Assembly: GCA_964544635.1 (NCBI GenBank)
Contig: CAZJCK010000001.1
Location: 31,384-95,383, forward strand
Length of the DNA stretch: 64,000 nucleotides
Direction of reading: 5' to 3'
DNA from: an uncultured Ignavibacteriales bacterium
Lineage (GTDB): Bacteria > Zixibacteria > MSB-5A5 > GN15 > FEB-12
Position numbers and translations under genes: made by a program. Each line of letters begins with the position of its first letter. Within the stretch, counting starts at the first letter, position 1. Shown here piece by piece: positions 18,977-29,000 of this stretch. The notes below the pieces were generated by a model. The model worked only from the letters and a program-made list of their open reading frames with translations, did not search any database and was not told the origin of the DNA.

Positions 18977-19903
18977 CTAAAACTGGTATGAGAACCGCAC
19001 CATCGGCGTGTCCTTCCAACTGTGATAGCTGCGCAACTCCGGTGTCACCTTAATGCGGCTGAACTCCGACGGATCCTTGTCCAGGCCTTCATTGATGCTC
19101 CGGGTTGTCAGGTATGCCTCGAACGCCGACACCAGGTGGTTGGCAATGATCACGTAGAGCATCTTGGTCGAATTGTCGTACTTTTCATCGGCATTGAACC
19201 GCATCGTATTGTACATGTCGCGCATGGCCGACTGCGGCACCGTCGGCGGCTCCGCCGGTTTGATTCGCGGCGGCGGATCGGTCACGCTAAAGCTGTCAAG
19301 CGTTTCACCGCTTTGCAGCCGGGCGTCGGCCCATCCCCACGCAAACTGGTCATACTTGCCCGTCATTTCATAATACTGCTGAGTCTTGGTTTCAGGCAAG
19401 TGATGACTGATCTCAGGGCAGTTGCAGTCGGGTTCGGTATTCGCCGAATCGTCATCATTCCACCCGTACGCCCACTGGAGATATTCATCTTCATAGCGCT
19501 CCCGCGACCAGTTGGCGTCATTAAAAGCCTCGAACTCGTCGGTCAATTCGTCGCCATCCTTGTCGTACTGAACGTGCAGGTACCAGCTCAATGCTTCGGC
19601 GCCGGCAAACACAAACGGCTTCCAGCGGTTGCCGTAGTACCACTGGCCCAGCCCCGGCACCGCCAGCGACAGCACGAAGGCCTTGAACGGCGACTTACGC
19701 TTCGGGCCGTCATCTTCATTGAACAAGTCGGTGCCCATGTCGCCGGTCATCGGCGTATCATCCTGGCCGTAGCCGATCGAATAGCGCAGTTCCAGCTCCG
19801 CCTTATCAAACACCGACAGTTCGTTCGCCGGCGCTTCGCTGCCGGCCGTCGACGATACCAGCGCCAGGACTATCATCGATGCTGTGATGTATATCGTCTT
19901 CAT
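18977..19903 (-). CDS. Secreted/envelope protein with PG(M/L)G(E/Q)xYxGN motif, paralogue of 18155..18961
   Basis: Signal peptide MKTIYITASMIVLALVSSTAGSEA. Motif AFVLSLAVPGLGQWYYGNRWKPFVFAGAEALSW. C-terminus PMVRFSYQF. Confidence 0.4.
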   Translation of the reverse strand: MKTIYITASMIVLALVSSTAGSEAPANELSVFDKAELELRYSIGYGQDDTPMTGDMGTDLFNEDDGPKRKSPFKAFVLSLAVPGLGQWYYGNRWKPFVFAGAEALSWYLHVQYDKDGDELTDEFEAFNDANWSRERYEDEYLQWAYGWNDDDSANTEPDCNCPEISHHLPETKTQQYYEMTGKYDQFAWGWADARLQSGETLDSFSVTDPPPRIKPAEPPTVPQSAMRDMYNTMRFNADEKYDNSTKMLYVIIANHLVSAFEAYLTTRSINEGLDKDPSEFSRIKVTPELRSYHSWKDTPMVRFSYQF

Positions 19904-19921
19904 GCTGTCACCTCATCTGCT

Positions 19922-22900
19922 TCAGCGAATAATGGCAATGTCGGTAAAGGCATGGTCGCTGTCACCATCAAATTCCGCCTCCAGGATACATCGATACACC
20001 CCCGGCGTGACACTGCTGCAATCCCAGACCACCTCGTTGTCGATATTGGCTGTCGTGCCGCCGGCAAAGCGTACGATCTCCTGCCCGGTCAAATCATACA
20101 CGATCAAACTGACCGACCGCGCTTCCTTACCGAGCATGTACCGGATCGTCGTCGAGCCGTTCAACACCGGGTTGGGATAATTGTAAAATTTTTCATCGGC
20201 GATACTCACGCCCAGGTTTGGTTTGGCCGGCAGCATCGCTTCGTCGAAAACAAAGCTGCCCGAGGGATCGGCGCCACCCATCGGCCAGTAGGCCAGTTCG
20301 CTACGATCCGGAACGTGCCATAAATAGAACCAGCCGTCGGCGCCGAGATAGCCCAGCTTGCCACCGGTCGTATCTGCCAGCCAGACCGCCGACCCGGCCC
20401 CCTGCTCGCCGCCGGAAAGCGGAAAACCGTACGTTTCATCCGGGCCGAACGAATACATGTTGCCGAGCAGGGTCGGGAAAACGATATCCGGGCGATCATC
20501 CACATCGGTGGAGGCAATGATCGGCGCCGAGGTTACCGGATCGATCGGCGCAAACTGCGGGTCCTGGGTTATCTGCAGACCGGTGTTGAACTCGATCGGG
20601 AAATCGGTCAGCGTGGTCAATTCACGGTTAAAGGCGTGCACGCTGTTAATACCTGCCGCGACTACATCCGGATAGCCATCGGAATCGACATCGCCGATCA
20701 CCACGTTGGCCGAAAACTCGGCGTCGGTTTCGCGCTCGGCATAGACCGATAGTGGCAACGATGTTGCCGTCGTATCCACCGACAGGCACAAGACCTGCCC
20801 GAACTGCGAGGTGACCGCAACCTCCGGAACTCCGTCGAGATTGAGATCGGCAACCGCCGGGCCATAATTGTAGTAACCGTTCAAGCGCAGGGTATCGACG
20901 ATACCTTCATGATCGATATAGTAAAATACCGTCGTCACACCCGCATCGGAACCGTTGACCAGTGTATCCCCGGCAACCACGATCAGGTCGAGACCGATGC
21001 GGGCAATTCCATGATATGTTTCTTCGTCCAGTTGAGTTACAATATCCTGACTGCCCAGCGATTTGCCCACAGAATCAATGTATAAGACCCCTTCATTCGT
21101 TAAGCAATAGAGGCGCTCTCCAAACGATAGTGCGATGGGAAAACCATCGGTACCACCAGTGAGAAACTCTCGATCAGCGTTGCCGTCGTCGTCCGTATCC
21201 ACAGTACTATAGTAGAATATGCGTGAGGCTTCGCTGCCGACTGCGACCAGCTTGGTTGTACCGCCATCAAAACTTCCGGTTACAGGTCCGGCCGTAATTG
21301 TATCCGCAAGCAAGTTAAAGACGAACGCCGGCACCGGGTAGAGCGAGTCGTTCACGCTCGACAACGCCCGGTTGCGCACGGTCGGGCAGGTATCGCACAG
21401 GAAACGACTACCGTCGGTTCGAAAGGCCGCGATCACACCCTGCGACGCCACGATTATCTCATCAATGCCGTCACCGTCCAGATCATCGGCTATCGGCAGC
21501 AGGGCAAAGACCGGATTGCCGACACGCACCGGGAAACCATCGACCAAGCCATCAACCGACACGTCAAACCGTATCACCGAATCAGTCACCTGGGGAATGC
21601 CACCGGCGACGAGCGTATCGCGACGGATGTCGGTTATCGAGATGCGACTGTTGTTGCCGGTATTGTCGTATGTATTGGGGTTGCTGTTGGGCGTGATCCG
21701 ATCGTTCCGATCCTCGCGGAACATATCGTCCTCGCTGCCGAACCCGGCCCGATAGTTCGGTCCGAAGTTGGCGAAGCCGTCGGCCTCAACCAGTCGAATA
21801 AACCGCTGCTTGCCGTTCCATTGCAGATGGTTGTCGTCGAAATTGTTCCGGCCGTTGCCGTTGAAATCCTGGCCGATCACCGCTTCGTCGACATGGTAGA
21901 TCAGCACTCCCGACCCCGGCATGAGCTCATCGAACTCACCGGTCAGGTTGCGATCCAGATCCGATGGTCCTTTGATTACCGACGTTGTCGAGTCGGCCAA
22001 CAGCGCTGTCTCCTTGCCGTCGATGTCGGGAATCCGGTTCTCGATCAGGTAGTACTCGTTTTCCGAGATCGGCACGCGCGCGATCTGTATCCCTTCGGAT
22101 ACCACGTTGGCAGCGACCAGGCGGATATCGTCCCCCTTCCGGAAGTCGACGACCTCCTCGAAACCGAGGAATGCCCGCGACCAGGCGCACGGATAGACCG
22201 GAATGGCGCCGAATGTCCGGCCGGCATCGCCGCCAATGAACTCGATGCCGGTACCGAAGCCGTTGTTGTCCATAAGAGCGAAGTCACCGAGGCGACTGAG
22301 AAAACTGCGCGTGCTGTACAGGTCAACCAGGCCCAGCTGGTGCCCGAACTCGTGTGCCAGCACGGCATTGAGGGCGACTGAACGATTGTCCTGCCACGCC
22401 CGTTCCGGCATCAGCAACGCCGTTCGAACATAGTGCGTGTCAATCGTGATACCGTTGTCATGAATCGTCTCGAGCGAATCACCAAACGAGATCCAGCCGG
22501 TGAACAGATCAGAACAGGTATTGAGCAACACGTTGTTCTGCTGATCCGACCCGGCATGAAACAGGAAGATGGCATCGTAGTTCGCAAAGTTGAGGCCGGC
22601 TTCCGCCGTATCGGCAAGCTGGATACAGTCGATGAAATAGTTCTCCAGTCCCACCACTACCGAATCAAACGCCGTCGCGCCCGGCAGCGCCGTCAGGCAG
22701 GCGCCATAGAATGCCATCTCCCGCGGCAACTGGTAGACCGAATCGCTCACCTCGGGATAGATATCCCATTCAAGCGTGATCTTTCCGTGCGACACCGTCT
22801 CCCAGTAATGAGAGAGCGACGCCATGTGGGCGCTGAAGTAGTCCGCGTTGTGCGGCGCTGGATCGATGAAATGACCCACCTCGGCAAGATACGCCGCGGT

Positions 22901-23251
22901 ATCGACCACCGGATCGACCAGCATCAGGCCGTTGCCGGTGGTGTTCGGATCATCCGGGATTTCTTCCTGGAAGTTGAATCGCAGGACCAGGCAGTTGATG
23001 GTGGTATTAAAGTCGGCGGCCAGCGCCTTGCGAGGCAGCGACCACGGCTTCTCCCGCTCCAGCGGCAGTTTGAACACGTCATCCGGACGCGGCGTCAGGC
23101 AGCGGTGATGCACGTGGCCGTCCGACGTATCCGAGGCCGTACGATCACGATTGATCGGGAGTATCCGGTCCGACGCGGCGGTGGCGGATACCACCACCGC
23201 CAGGGCCATCGCCAGCGTTCCTATGTTGACAAACAGTCCTCTCAAATGCAC
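19922..23251 (-). CDS. M6 (immune-inhibitor-A-like) zinc metalloprotease with FG-GAP/VCBS-like repeats and a T9SS-type C-terminal sorting domain
   Basis: HExxH in AVLAHEFGHQLGLVDLY. Calcium-type repeat loops DLDGDGIDEIIV, DLNLDGVPEVAV, GDVDSDGYPDVV. C-terminal domain FYNYPNPVLNGSTTIRYMLGKEARSVSLIVYDLTGQEIV...GVYRCILEAEF. N-terminal signal peptide. Confidence 0.75.
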   Translation of the reverse strand: MHLRGLFVNIGTLAMALAVVVSATAASDRILPINRDRTASDTSDGHVHHRCLTPRPDDVFKLPLEREKPWSLPRKALAADFNTTINCLVLRFNFQEEIPDDPNTTGNGLMLVDPVVDTAAYLAEVGHFIDPAPHNADYFSAHMASLSHYWETVSHGKITLEWDIYPEVSDSVYQLPREMAFYGACLTALPGATAFDSVVVGLENYFIDCIQLADTAEAGLNFANYDAIFLFHAGSDQQNNVLLNTCSDLFTGWISFGDSLETIHDNGITIDTHYVRTALLMPERAWQDNRSVALNAVLAHEFGHQLGLVDLYSTRSFLSRLGDFALMDNNGFGTGIEFIGGDAGRTFGAIPVYPCAWSRAFLGFEEVVDFRKGDDIRLVAANVVSEGIQIARVPISENEYYLIENRIPDIDGKETALLADSTTSVIKGPSDLDRNLTGEFDELMPGSGVLIYHVDEAVIGQDFNGNGRNNFDDNHLQWNGKQRFIRLVEADGFANFGPNYRAGFGSEDDMFREDRNDRITPNSNPNTYDNTGNNSRISITDIRRDTLVAGGIPQVTDSVIRFDVSVDGLVDGFPVRVGNPVFALLPIADDLDGDGIDEIIVASQGVIAAFRTDGSRFLCDTCPTVRNRALSSVNDSLYPVPAFVFNLLADTITAGPVTGSFDGGTTKLVAVGSEASRIFYYSTVDTDDDGNADREFLTGGTDGFPIALSFGERLYCLTNEGVLYIDSVGKSLGSQDIVTQLDEETYHGIARIGLDLIVVAGDTLVNGSDAGVTTVFYYIDHEGIVDTLRLNGYYNYGPAVADLNLDGVPEVAVTSQFGQVLCLSVDTTATSLPLSVYAERETDAEFSANVVIGDVDSDGYPDVVAAGINSVHAFNRELTTLTDFPIEFNTGLQITQDPQFAPIDPVTSAPIIASTDVDDRPDIVFPTLLGNMYSFGPDETYGFPLSGGEQGAGSAVWLADTTGGKLGYLGADGWFYLWHVPDRSELAYWPMGGADPSGSFVFDEAMLPAKPNLGVSIADEKFYNYPNPVLNGSTTIRYMLGKEARSVSLIVYDLTGQEIVRFAGGTTANIDNEVVWDCSSVTPGVYRCILEAEFDGDSDHAFTDIAIIR

Positions 23252-23271
23252 TTACTTCCCTCCAGGGGCGG

Positions 23272-25992
23272 TTACGGCTGCAGCGACAGCGACACGCGTA
23301 GCGTGTTGGCCAGGGCGCTGGCAGTATTGCTCGGAATATACGAGAAGTCAAATCGCAACAGGTCGGCCGGACGCAACCCGGCGCCCAGTGTCAGGTTCTT
23401 CACCTGACCCTCCTGGTCGTAAATGTAACCGGCTCGGACGGCGAAGATGTCGGCGTAGCTGAACTCACCGCCGCCGTTGAAAATAGTCTGCTCCACCTCG
23501 GTGGAGATGCCGTCATCCAGCCCCACCAACAGCTTGTTGGCTTCACCGGTGACGAGGAAGTGGTAGTAATCCGACTCGAACAGCTTGTAGGCAAAACCAA
23601 CCGACAGGTTGCGCGGCAGGTCATCTGCCTGCTCGGCGTTGATGTACGCCATCTTGGGACCGAGATTGGTCACGGCCGCACCGATGTGCAGCTTCGGGTT
23701 GACCTCATAGAGAATACCGAGGTCGACCGCAAAACCGGTCGAGGTACCGGTACCCTGCTCCTGGCCGGCGCCCTGGTCGGACAGTTTGGAGTAAATCACC
23801 TTTGCCGAGATACCGCCCTTGAGCGAGTTGGTCAGCGAGGTGCCGAATGACCCGGTAAAGGCGATGTCGAACGACTCAAACGTCCCCAGTTCCGTGCCGG
23901 CTTCACCGGTACGCTGAATCGTACCGTAGGAGATGAACGTCACACTACCACCCAGCGTACCGACGCCGGACACCGGCGACGTACCCGAGAAGAACAGGTA
24001 GTACAGGTCGTCGGCCAGTTCGGGCAGCCATTTGACGTACATGGTGGAGATCGACGGCCGGCCGGAGGCACGCAGCACCACTTTGCGATCGGTGTTGAAC
24101 CATGGCTCGCTGGCGACAACGCTGACGCCCTTCATCGACGAGCGACCAAGGCCTTTCAAATTGTTGCGGCTGAACTCACCGTCGGACAACTGAAACAGTC
24201 CGACCTCGCTGGCGAAATAGGTGACGGTATTGTGGGTGACAATCTCGTGAATCGGCGTGGCCGCCGGGTTGGCATACACCAGCACCTCGTCGCCCGCCTC
24301 CAGTTCGCCTTCGTCAAGCCCGTTCACCACCAGGAACGCCTCGCGGTAACTGTTGGCATCACTGCCGGCGCTGTACACCTGGCGCTCCGAGAGGACCGAA
24401 TCAATGGTCTGCCCCTCGGAAACTGTTTGCGTCTTCCAGCCCGGCAAGCTCCAGGTATTATTGTCGAATCGCAGCAGGCCATACTCGGTGCCGATGAACA
24501 GCTCATTGCCGCGCTCGTGAATCGAGTACACCTCGCCCTTGATCTGGTGCAGGTACGGCACCCGGATATCTTCACCCGGGTTCAGGTTTTGCATATCAAG
24601 CGTTTCACCCGATACATCCGGCGCCGCCGGCTGCGCGGCAGCTGCGGTATCGGCCTGAGTTGTGTCGCTCCGGGTTGTGTCGGCCTCGGTAGTATCAGTT
24701 TCAGCCGTGGCAGCATTCTGCGCCATCATGTCGGACAGGCGCAGCGCCACCGGCTGCTTCATCTCTTTCATTTTTTCCATATAGCCGTCGATCTCAGCCT
24801 GGGTACCATACACCGCAAACCGACGCGCGATCGACTCCGGCGTATCATCGAGGGCTACTGTGTAGCTGGTGCCGTTGCGCCATTCGGTCCCGTCAAGGTG
24901 CCACAGATCACCATCGATAACCGCCCAGAGCGAATTGGCCGACGTGCCACCGATGGCCTGCACGGTGCCGGCCGGCGCCTGTCCCGGCATCGTGCCGATG
25001 CCGACACCGGTGAAACGGGCGATACCGGAATCAGTACCGATAAACGCCTCGGTCGTGGTACCGTAAAGCGCCGTGATGTTGGTCGACGGCAGTCCTTCGG
25101 TGACACCGATGGTGCGCCAGCGACGGCCGTTGAAGGTCACCAGGCCGCGATCCGATGCTACCAGCAAAGTCTTGTCAACGCCGACAATCCCGCGGATTGC
25201 ACCGCCGACATTCATGGCGTACGGAATAGTGATCTCTTCCGGGATGTACCGGTTGCGCGATTTCTCGACGGCAAAGAAGATCCGCTCGGTTTCTTCGCGA
25301 TCAAGCTCACCATCTTTCATACCGTCGCGGTACAGCTCCTCGGCCCGCTTGAAGCGATCCCAGTCGATCAAGGCCAGGTCGTAGGCTGACACCAGCGAAT
25401 CGAGAAAACGCGTCAGTTCCTCAGCCTGATCATAGCTGTCCGGAACATGCGCCAGTACGGAGTCACGGAAGTCACTGACGGCATCCTTGGGGCGCGGGCT
25501 GTTTTCTGCCGCCACCAGGGCGCTCATCGCCGCCGCCAGGGAGTCATTGTCGATACCCAGATAGGTCCGCGCCAGCTGATCGAGGGTCTGATCGGTTCGA
25601 GTATTGAAGGCATCGCCGGTATGCCAGCGCTTCTGGTCAAAACGCGCCAGCCCCTGTGAGGTGACCGCCCAGACGTCGTACGACTTGAAGGTCGAGCCGC
25701 CGCCGGTACGCACCGCCGCCAGGTCGACGATTGGGCGCAGCCGCGCCGGAATATCGGTTTCCGCCCAGGTATCGGCCAGCGGGTAGGCGCCCAGTCCGGC
25801 CGGGTTCCAGTGGGTGGCGGTGGCATCGTCGGCGATCGCCACGAATGCCTCACCCATACCGGCCGCTCGGGCCCCCGGAGCGATGCGCAAGAAGAGCACG
25901 GCCGATGACGAAATATCGGCCCGGGTGGCCGGTACTAACGAAAGCGCCAGGGCGACCACAATGAGGGGAATGAGCAACGTGCGCAGGTTCAT
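23272..25992 (-). CDS. PorV/PorQ-family-like outer-membrane barrel with a ~570-aa internal insertion (propeller-like and LysM-like segments)
   Basis: N-terminus after the signal peptide: AVLFLRIAPGARAAGMGEAFVAIADDATATHWNPAGLG. The last ~260 aa are barrel-like (FAVDLGILYEV, GAAVTNLGPKMAYI...LPRNLSVGFAYKL, AVRAGYIYD, LTLGAGL). Between them lie Reg_prop-like repeats (DRGLVTFNGRRWRTIGVTEGLPSTNITALY) and LysM-like stretches (YTVALDDTPESIARRF). Immediately downstream of the PorU-like gene. Confidence 0.6.
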   Translation of the reverse strand: MNLRTLLIPLIVVALALSLVPATRADISSSAVLFLRIAPGARAAGMGEAFVAIADDATATHWNPAGLGAYPLADTWAETDIPARLRPIVDLAAVRTGGGSTFKSYDVWAVTSQGLARFDQKRWHTGDAFNTRTDQTLDQLARTYLGIDNDSLAAAMSALVAAENSPRPKDAVSDFRDSVLAHVPDSYDQAEELTRFLDSLVSAYDLALIDWDRFKRAEELYRDGMKDGELDREETERIFFAVEKSRNRYIPEEITIPYAMNVGGAIRGIVGVDKTLLVASDRGLVTFNGRRWRTIGVTEGLPSTNITALYGTTTEAFIGTDSGIARFTGVGIGTMPGQAPAGTVQAIGGTSANSLWAVIDGDLWHLDGTEWRNGTSYTVALDDTPESIARRFAVYGTQAEIDGYMEKMKEMKQPVALRLSDMMAQNAATAETDTTEADTTRSDTTQADTAAAAQPAAPDVSGETLDMQNLNPGEDIRVPYLHQIKGEVYSIHERGNELFIGTEYGLLRFDNNTWSLPGWKTQTVSEGQTIDSVLSERQVYSAGSDANSYREAFLVVNGLDEGELEAGDEVLVYANPAATPIHEIVTHNTVTYFASEVGLFQLSDGEFSRNNLKGLGRSSMKGVSVVASEPWFNTDRKVVLRASGRPSISTMYVKWLPELADDLYYLFFSGTSPVSGVGTLGGSVTFISYGTIQRTGEAGTELGTFESFDIAFTGSFGTSLTNSLKGGISAKVIYSKLSDQGAGQEQGTGTSTGFAVDLGILYEVNPKLHIGAAVTNLGPKMAYINAEQADDLPRNLSVGFAYKLFESDYYHFLVTGEANKLLVGLDDGISTEVEQTIFNGGGEFSYADIFAVRAGYIYDQEGQVKNLTLGAGLRPADLLRFDFSYIPSNTASALANTLRVSLSLQP

Positions 25993-26008
25993 GTCTGTTC
26001 TCCTGTAT

Positions 26009-29000
26009 TCAGTTTACTACTACTACTTTACCAAAGGATTCTATTGCTTTGCCGTCGGACGTCCGCGCCGAGGCCTTGTAGATATAGACACCGGTCGCCA
26101 CGCGCCGGCCGCTGTAATCCTGTCCATACCATACTATATCGTCATAATACTGCGGCTGTAGACCGCTTCGCGAAAAGCTTTGTATCTTGCGACCGGCAAC
26201 TGTGAAAATATCGAGCGATAGATGACTGACATTATCTGTCAACTCGAAGCTAAACCGCGTCGAGTCCGCCATCGGGTTGGGATAATTCAGCAGGTTGACG
26301 ATCGCCGCCGGTCCCGTCGGCCCGACATCGGCCGTAAATGTCGCAATCGACGCGTTATTGGCGTTGTCCCACGCCTTGATCTTGAAGGTATGCTCACCCG
26401 GCGCCAGCTCGGCCAGGGCGTAGTGTAACCGGCCGACCGTGTAAGTGTTCGGGTCATATTCGAATAAGCTGGTCAAATTCTGCACAGCCTCGACATCACC
26501 GTCGATCTCCAGCGTAATCCCCTGCCCCAGCCCGCCGGCCAGGTTGATGCCCGACTGGTCGGTCAACTCGATCTCGAGCATATCGCCCGAAGAAATTCGC
26601 CCGCCCGGCTCAAAAGTCGGGTTGCCGGCAAAGTTGTAGGCGATCGACGGCCCCGCTGAGTCGGTCGGCACCACCACCGAGTCCGACACCGCCAGTGAAT
26701 CGACCGACCCGGCCGCATCGACAGAGCCGAGGTTGCCGTACACCACAACCCGTGCACCCTCACCACCGTAGCCGAGATCCAGCGGCGGAATGAAATCAAA
26801 CGAAAACTCGCCGTTGCTGATCGTTGCCGTACCCCGGAATATCTGCGCGCCGGTCATCTGGTACTTGATATCGCGCGTCGGGTTGGTAGCGTTGGCCGGG
26901 CGATGCGTCATCTGGCGATCGGTATCATACACCACGATCGACAGCGTACCGTCCTGCACCAACGTCGTACTGTCGGTATTCAAAACCCGCCCGGCCACCG
27001 TTGTCGGTTCCAGCGCCCGGAGGCTGTCGGGGAAGGTCGTGAATTCGACAACATGTTCCGGCAGGCCCAGGCGCAACAGCGGATCACCAAAGAAGTGATA
27101 CTGCTGGTCATTCGCTTCCGGACGCGGCGTATTGGTGCCGTTGTACTGCCGCGCCACCTTGGCGGCGTAAATCGCCTCGCACATCGACAGCGAGTCGTTG
27201 TACAACAGGACATCGAACACCGCCTTGTTGAAATCTGCATTCTCCTGTGCGTAGACCAGCCGCGATGCCGACAGCACGCCGATAGCGCCGCCATTCGGCA
27301 GTATCATCAAATCTTCCCCCATCCCCTCGCGTTCCGGGTCATCGAAGAAACCGATTGCGCACGATGCCGCAAAGAACAGCGGCAGCTTACTGTTGTTCGT
27401 CAAGCGGGGCAGGTCGCTGCTCCGCAGGAAGACCGCCTCGTGCGCCCACTGTTCCGGGTTTCCGTGACCGACATAGTTGATCAGCAAGGTACCGTCGTTC
27501 AGGGCCCGCACGATGGCGTCATTTACCGCCGGCTTCTTCTCGTTCACATTGGGATAGTCCCACAGGTAAATCTTCTCGCGCGTCAACAGGCTGGGAATGT
27601 AGTTCGAGTCGAGGCGCTGCGTTTCAATCACGTGGAACGTCTCGTAGTTCACGACGGTACCGTTGCGCCGCGCGAACTCGTCGTCCGCCACCAGCGTGAT
27701 GTCGGTCCGCCAGGTACCGAATGTCGCGGGCGACGCATACGCTTTCGCGCGCGCTACGATCGTCGCCACCTCGGCGCTGCTGCGCACCGGCCAGCGAGCG
27801 ATCATCATGTCCAGGCCGCCATCGCCATTCACCAGGCTGGTGTCGCTGTCGAGTATGCCGTAATCGCCGAAATATACAAAGTTGTCGTCCGCCACCGGCA
27901 CCACGGCGCCACGGTTGAGTATGAACGGGGGCACATAGTTGCGCGTACCGGTACCGAGGTAATCGAGATAATCGTACGATCCATCCCCAACCAGCAGCAC
28001 AGCGTAGGGCGACGGTTCCGGGAGGTTCTCCCAGGCAAAACGCAAAAAGTCGCGGATGGCGGTCGGGTCATAGAGGCCAAACCCGAACTCGGTCATGATA
28101 TCCGCTACCGTCACCACCGTGATGCTGTACCCCTCCGACTGGCGCCACGAAGTGTACTCATCCAGCGCGTCCGTGAACCGCTCGTCGGTCACGATGATCA
28201 GGTCAGACTGCGGCAGGCCGGTGCGCAGCCCGGCCAGTTGCGGCTGCTCGATCGATACCGGGCCGAAAGCAGTCGATACCGGCGCGATGTAGAACTGGTT
28301 CGAGGTATCAGGTTCAATCTGGCTGGAAAACCGCAGCAATCCGGCAGACCGCGTCGCGTTTGAAATCCTCATCGGTCGCATCGGATCGGATATGTCGAGT
28401 ACAAGCGGGTTGCTTGAGAAGTTGTCGACGACATCGATATTCGCCAGGCCATCCTGCTGCGGTACGTACAGGTCCAGCACGTTGTTGACCGGCAGCAGTT
28501 CACTCGGATAGGCAATCTCTACGAAGTTCAAGAACGGCAGGTTACCAGAGTTTGAAGGATGCACCTTTATGTCAAGCACATTCAAACCGTCGGTCAGCGA
28601 TGCCGTCGTAAATTTACAGTTCAGTCGATTGCACGTTCCCTTGTCTGCCGAAATACCGTTCACGTTCAGGGTGACGTACGGCGAATAGGTCGCGGCATTG
28701 ACGAACACCGTCGCGCTTTCTCCCAGCATGATCCCCGGGGTCGCCGTCGACAATGTCACCAGGCTGTCGCTCGTCCAGTGCCAGTCGAGGTAGTTGTCAA
28801 TATGACCATCCGTTTCCCGCTTCAGCAGGTTCTCCTGCTCGAGACGGACGATCCGCTCGAAGTTCGTAATGTTGAGCGTCGCGCTTCCCGACGGTGCTCC
28901 GTTGATCGACGGCATCCGTACCGGTGGTGTTGTACCGGTATAGCTGGTTGTCAGCCAGTAAGCATTCAAAGATTCATAGGGATTGTTCACATAACTGAGG

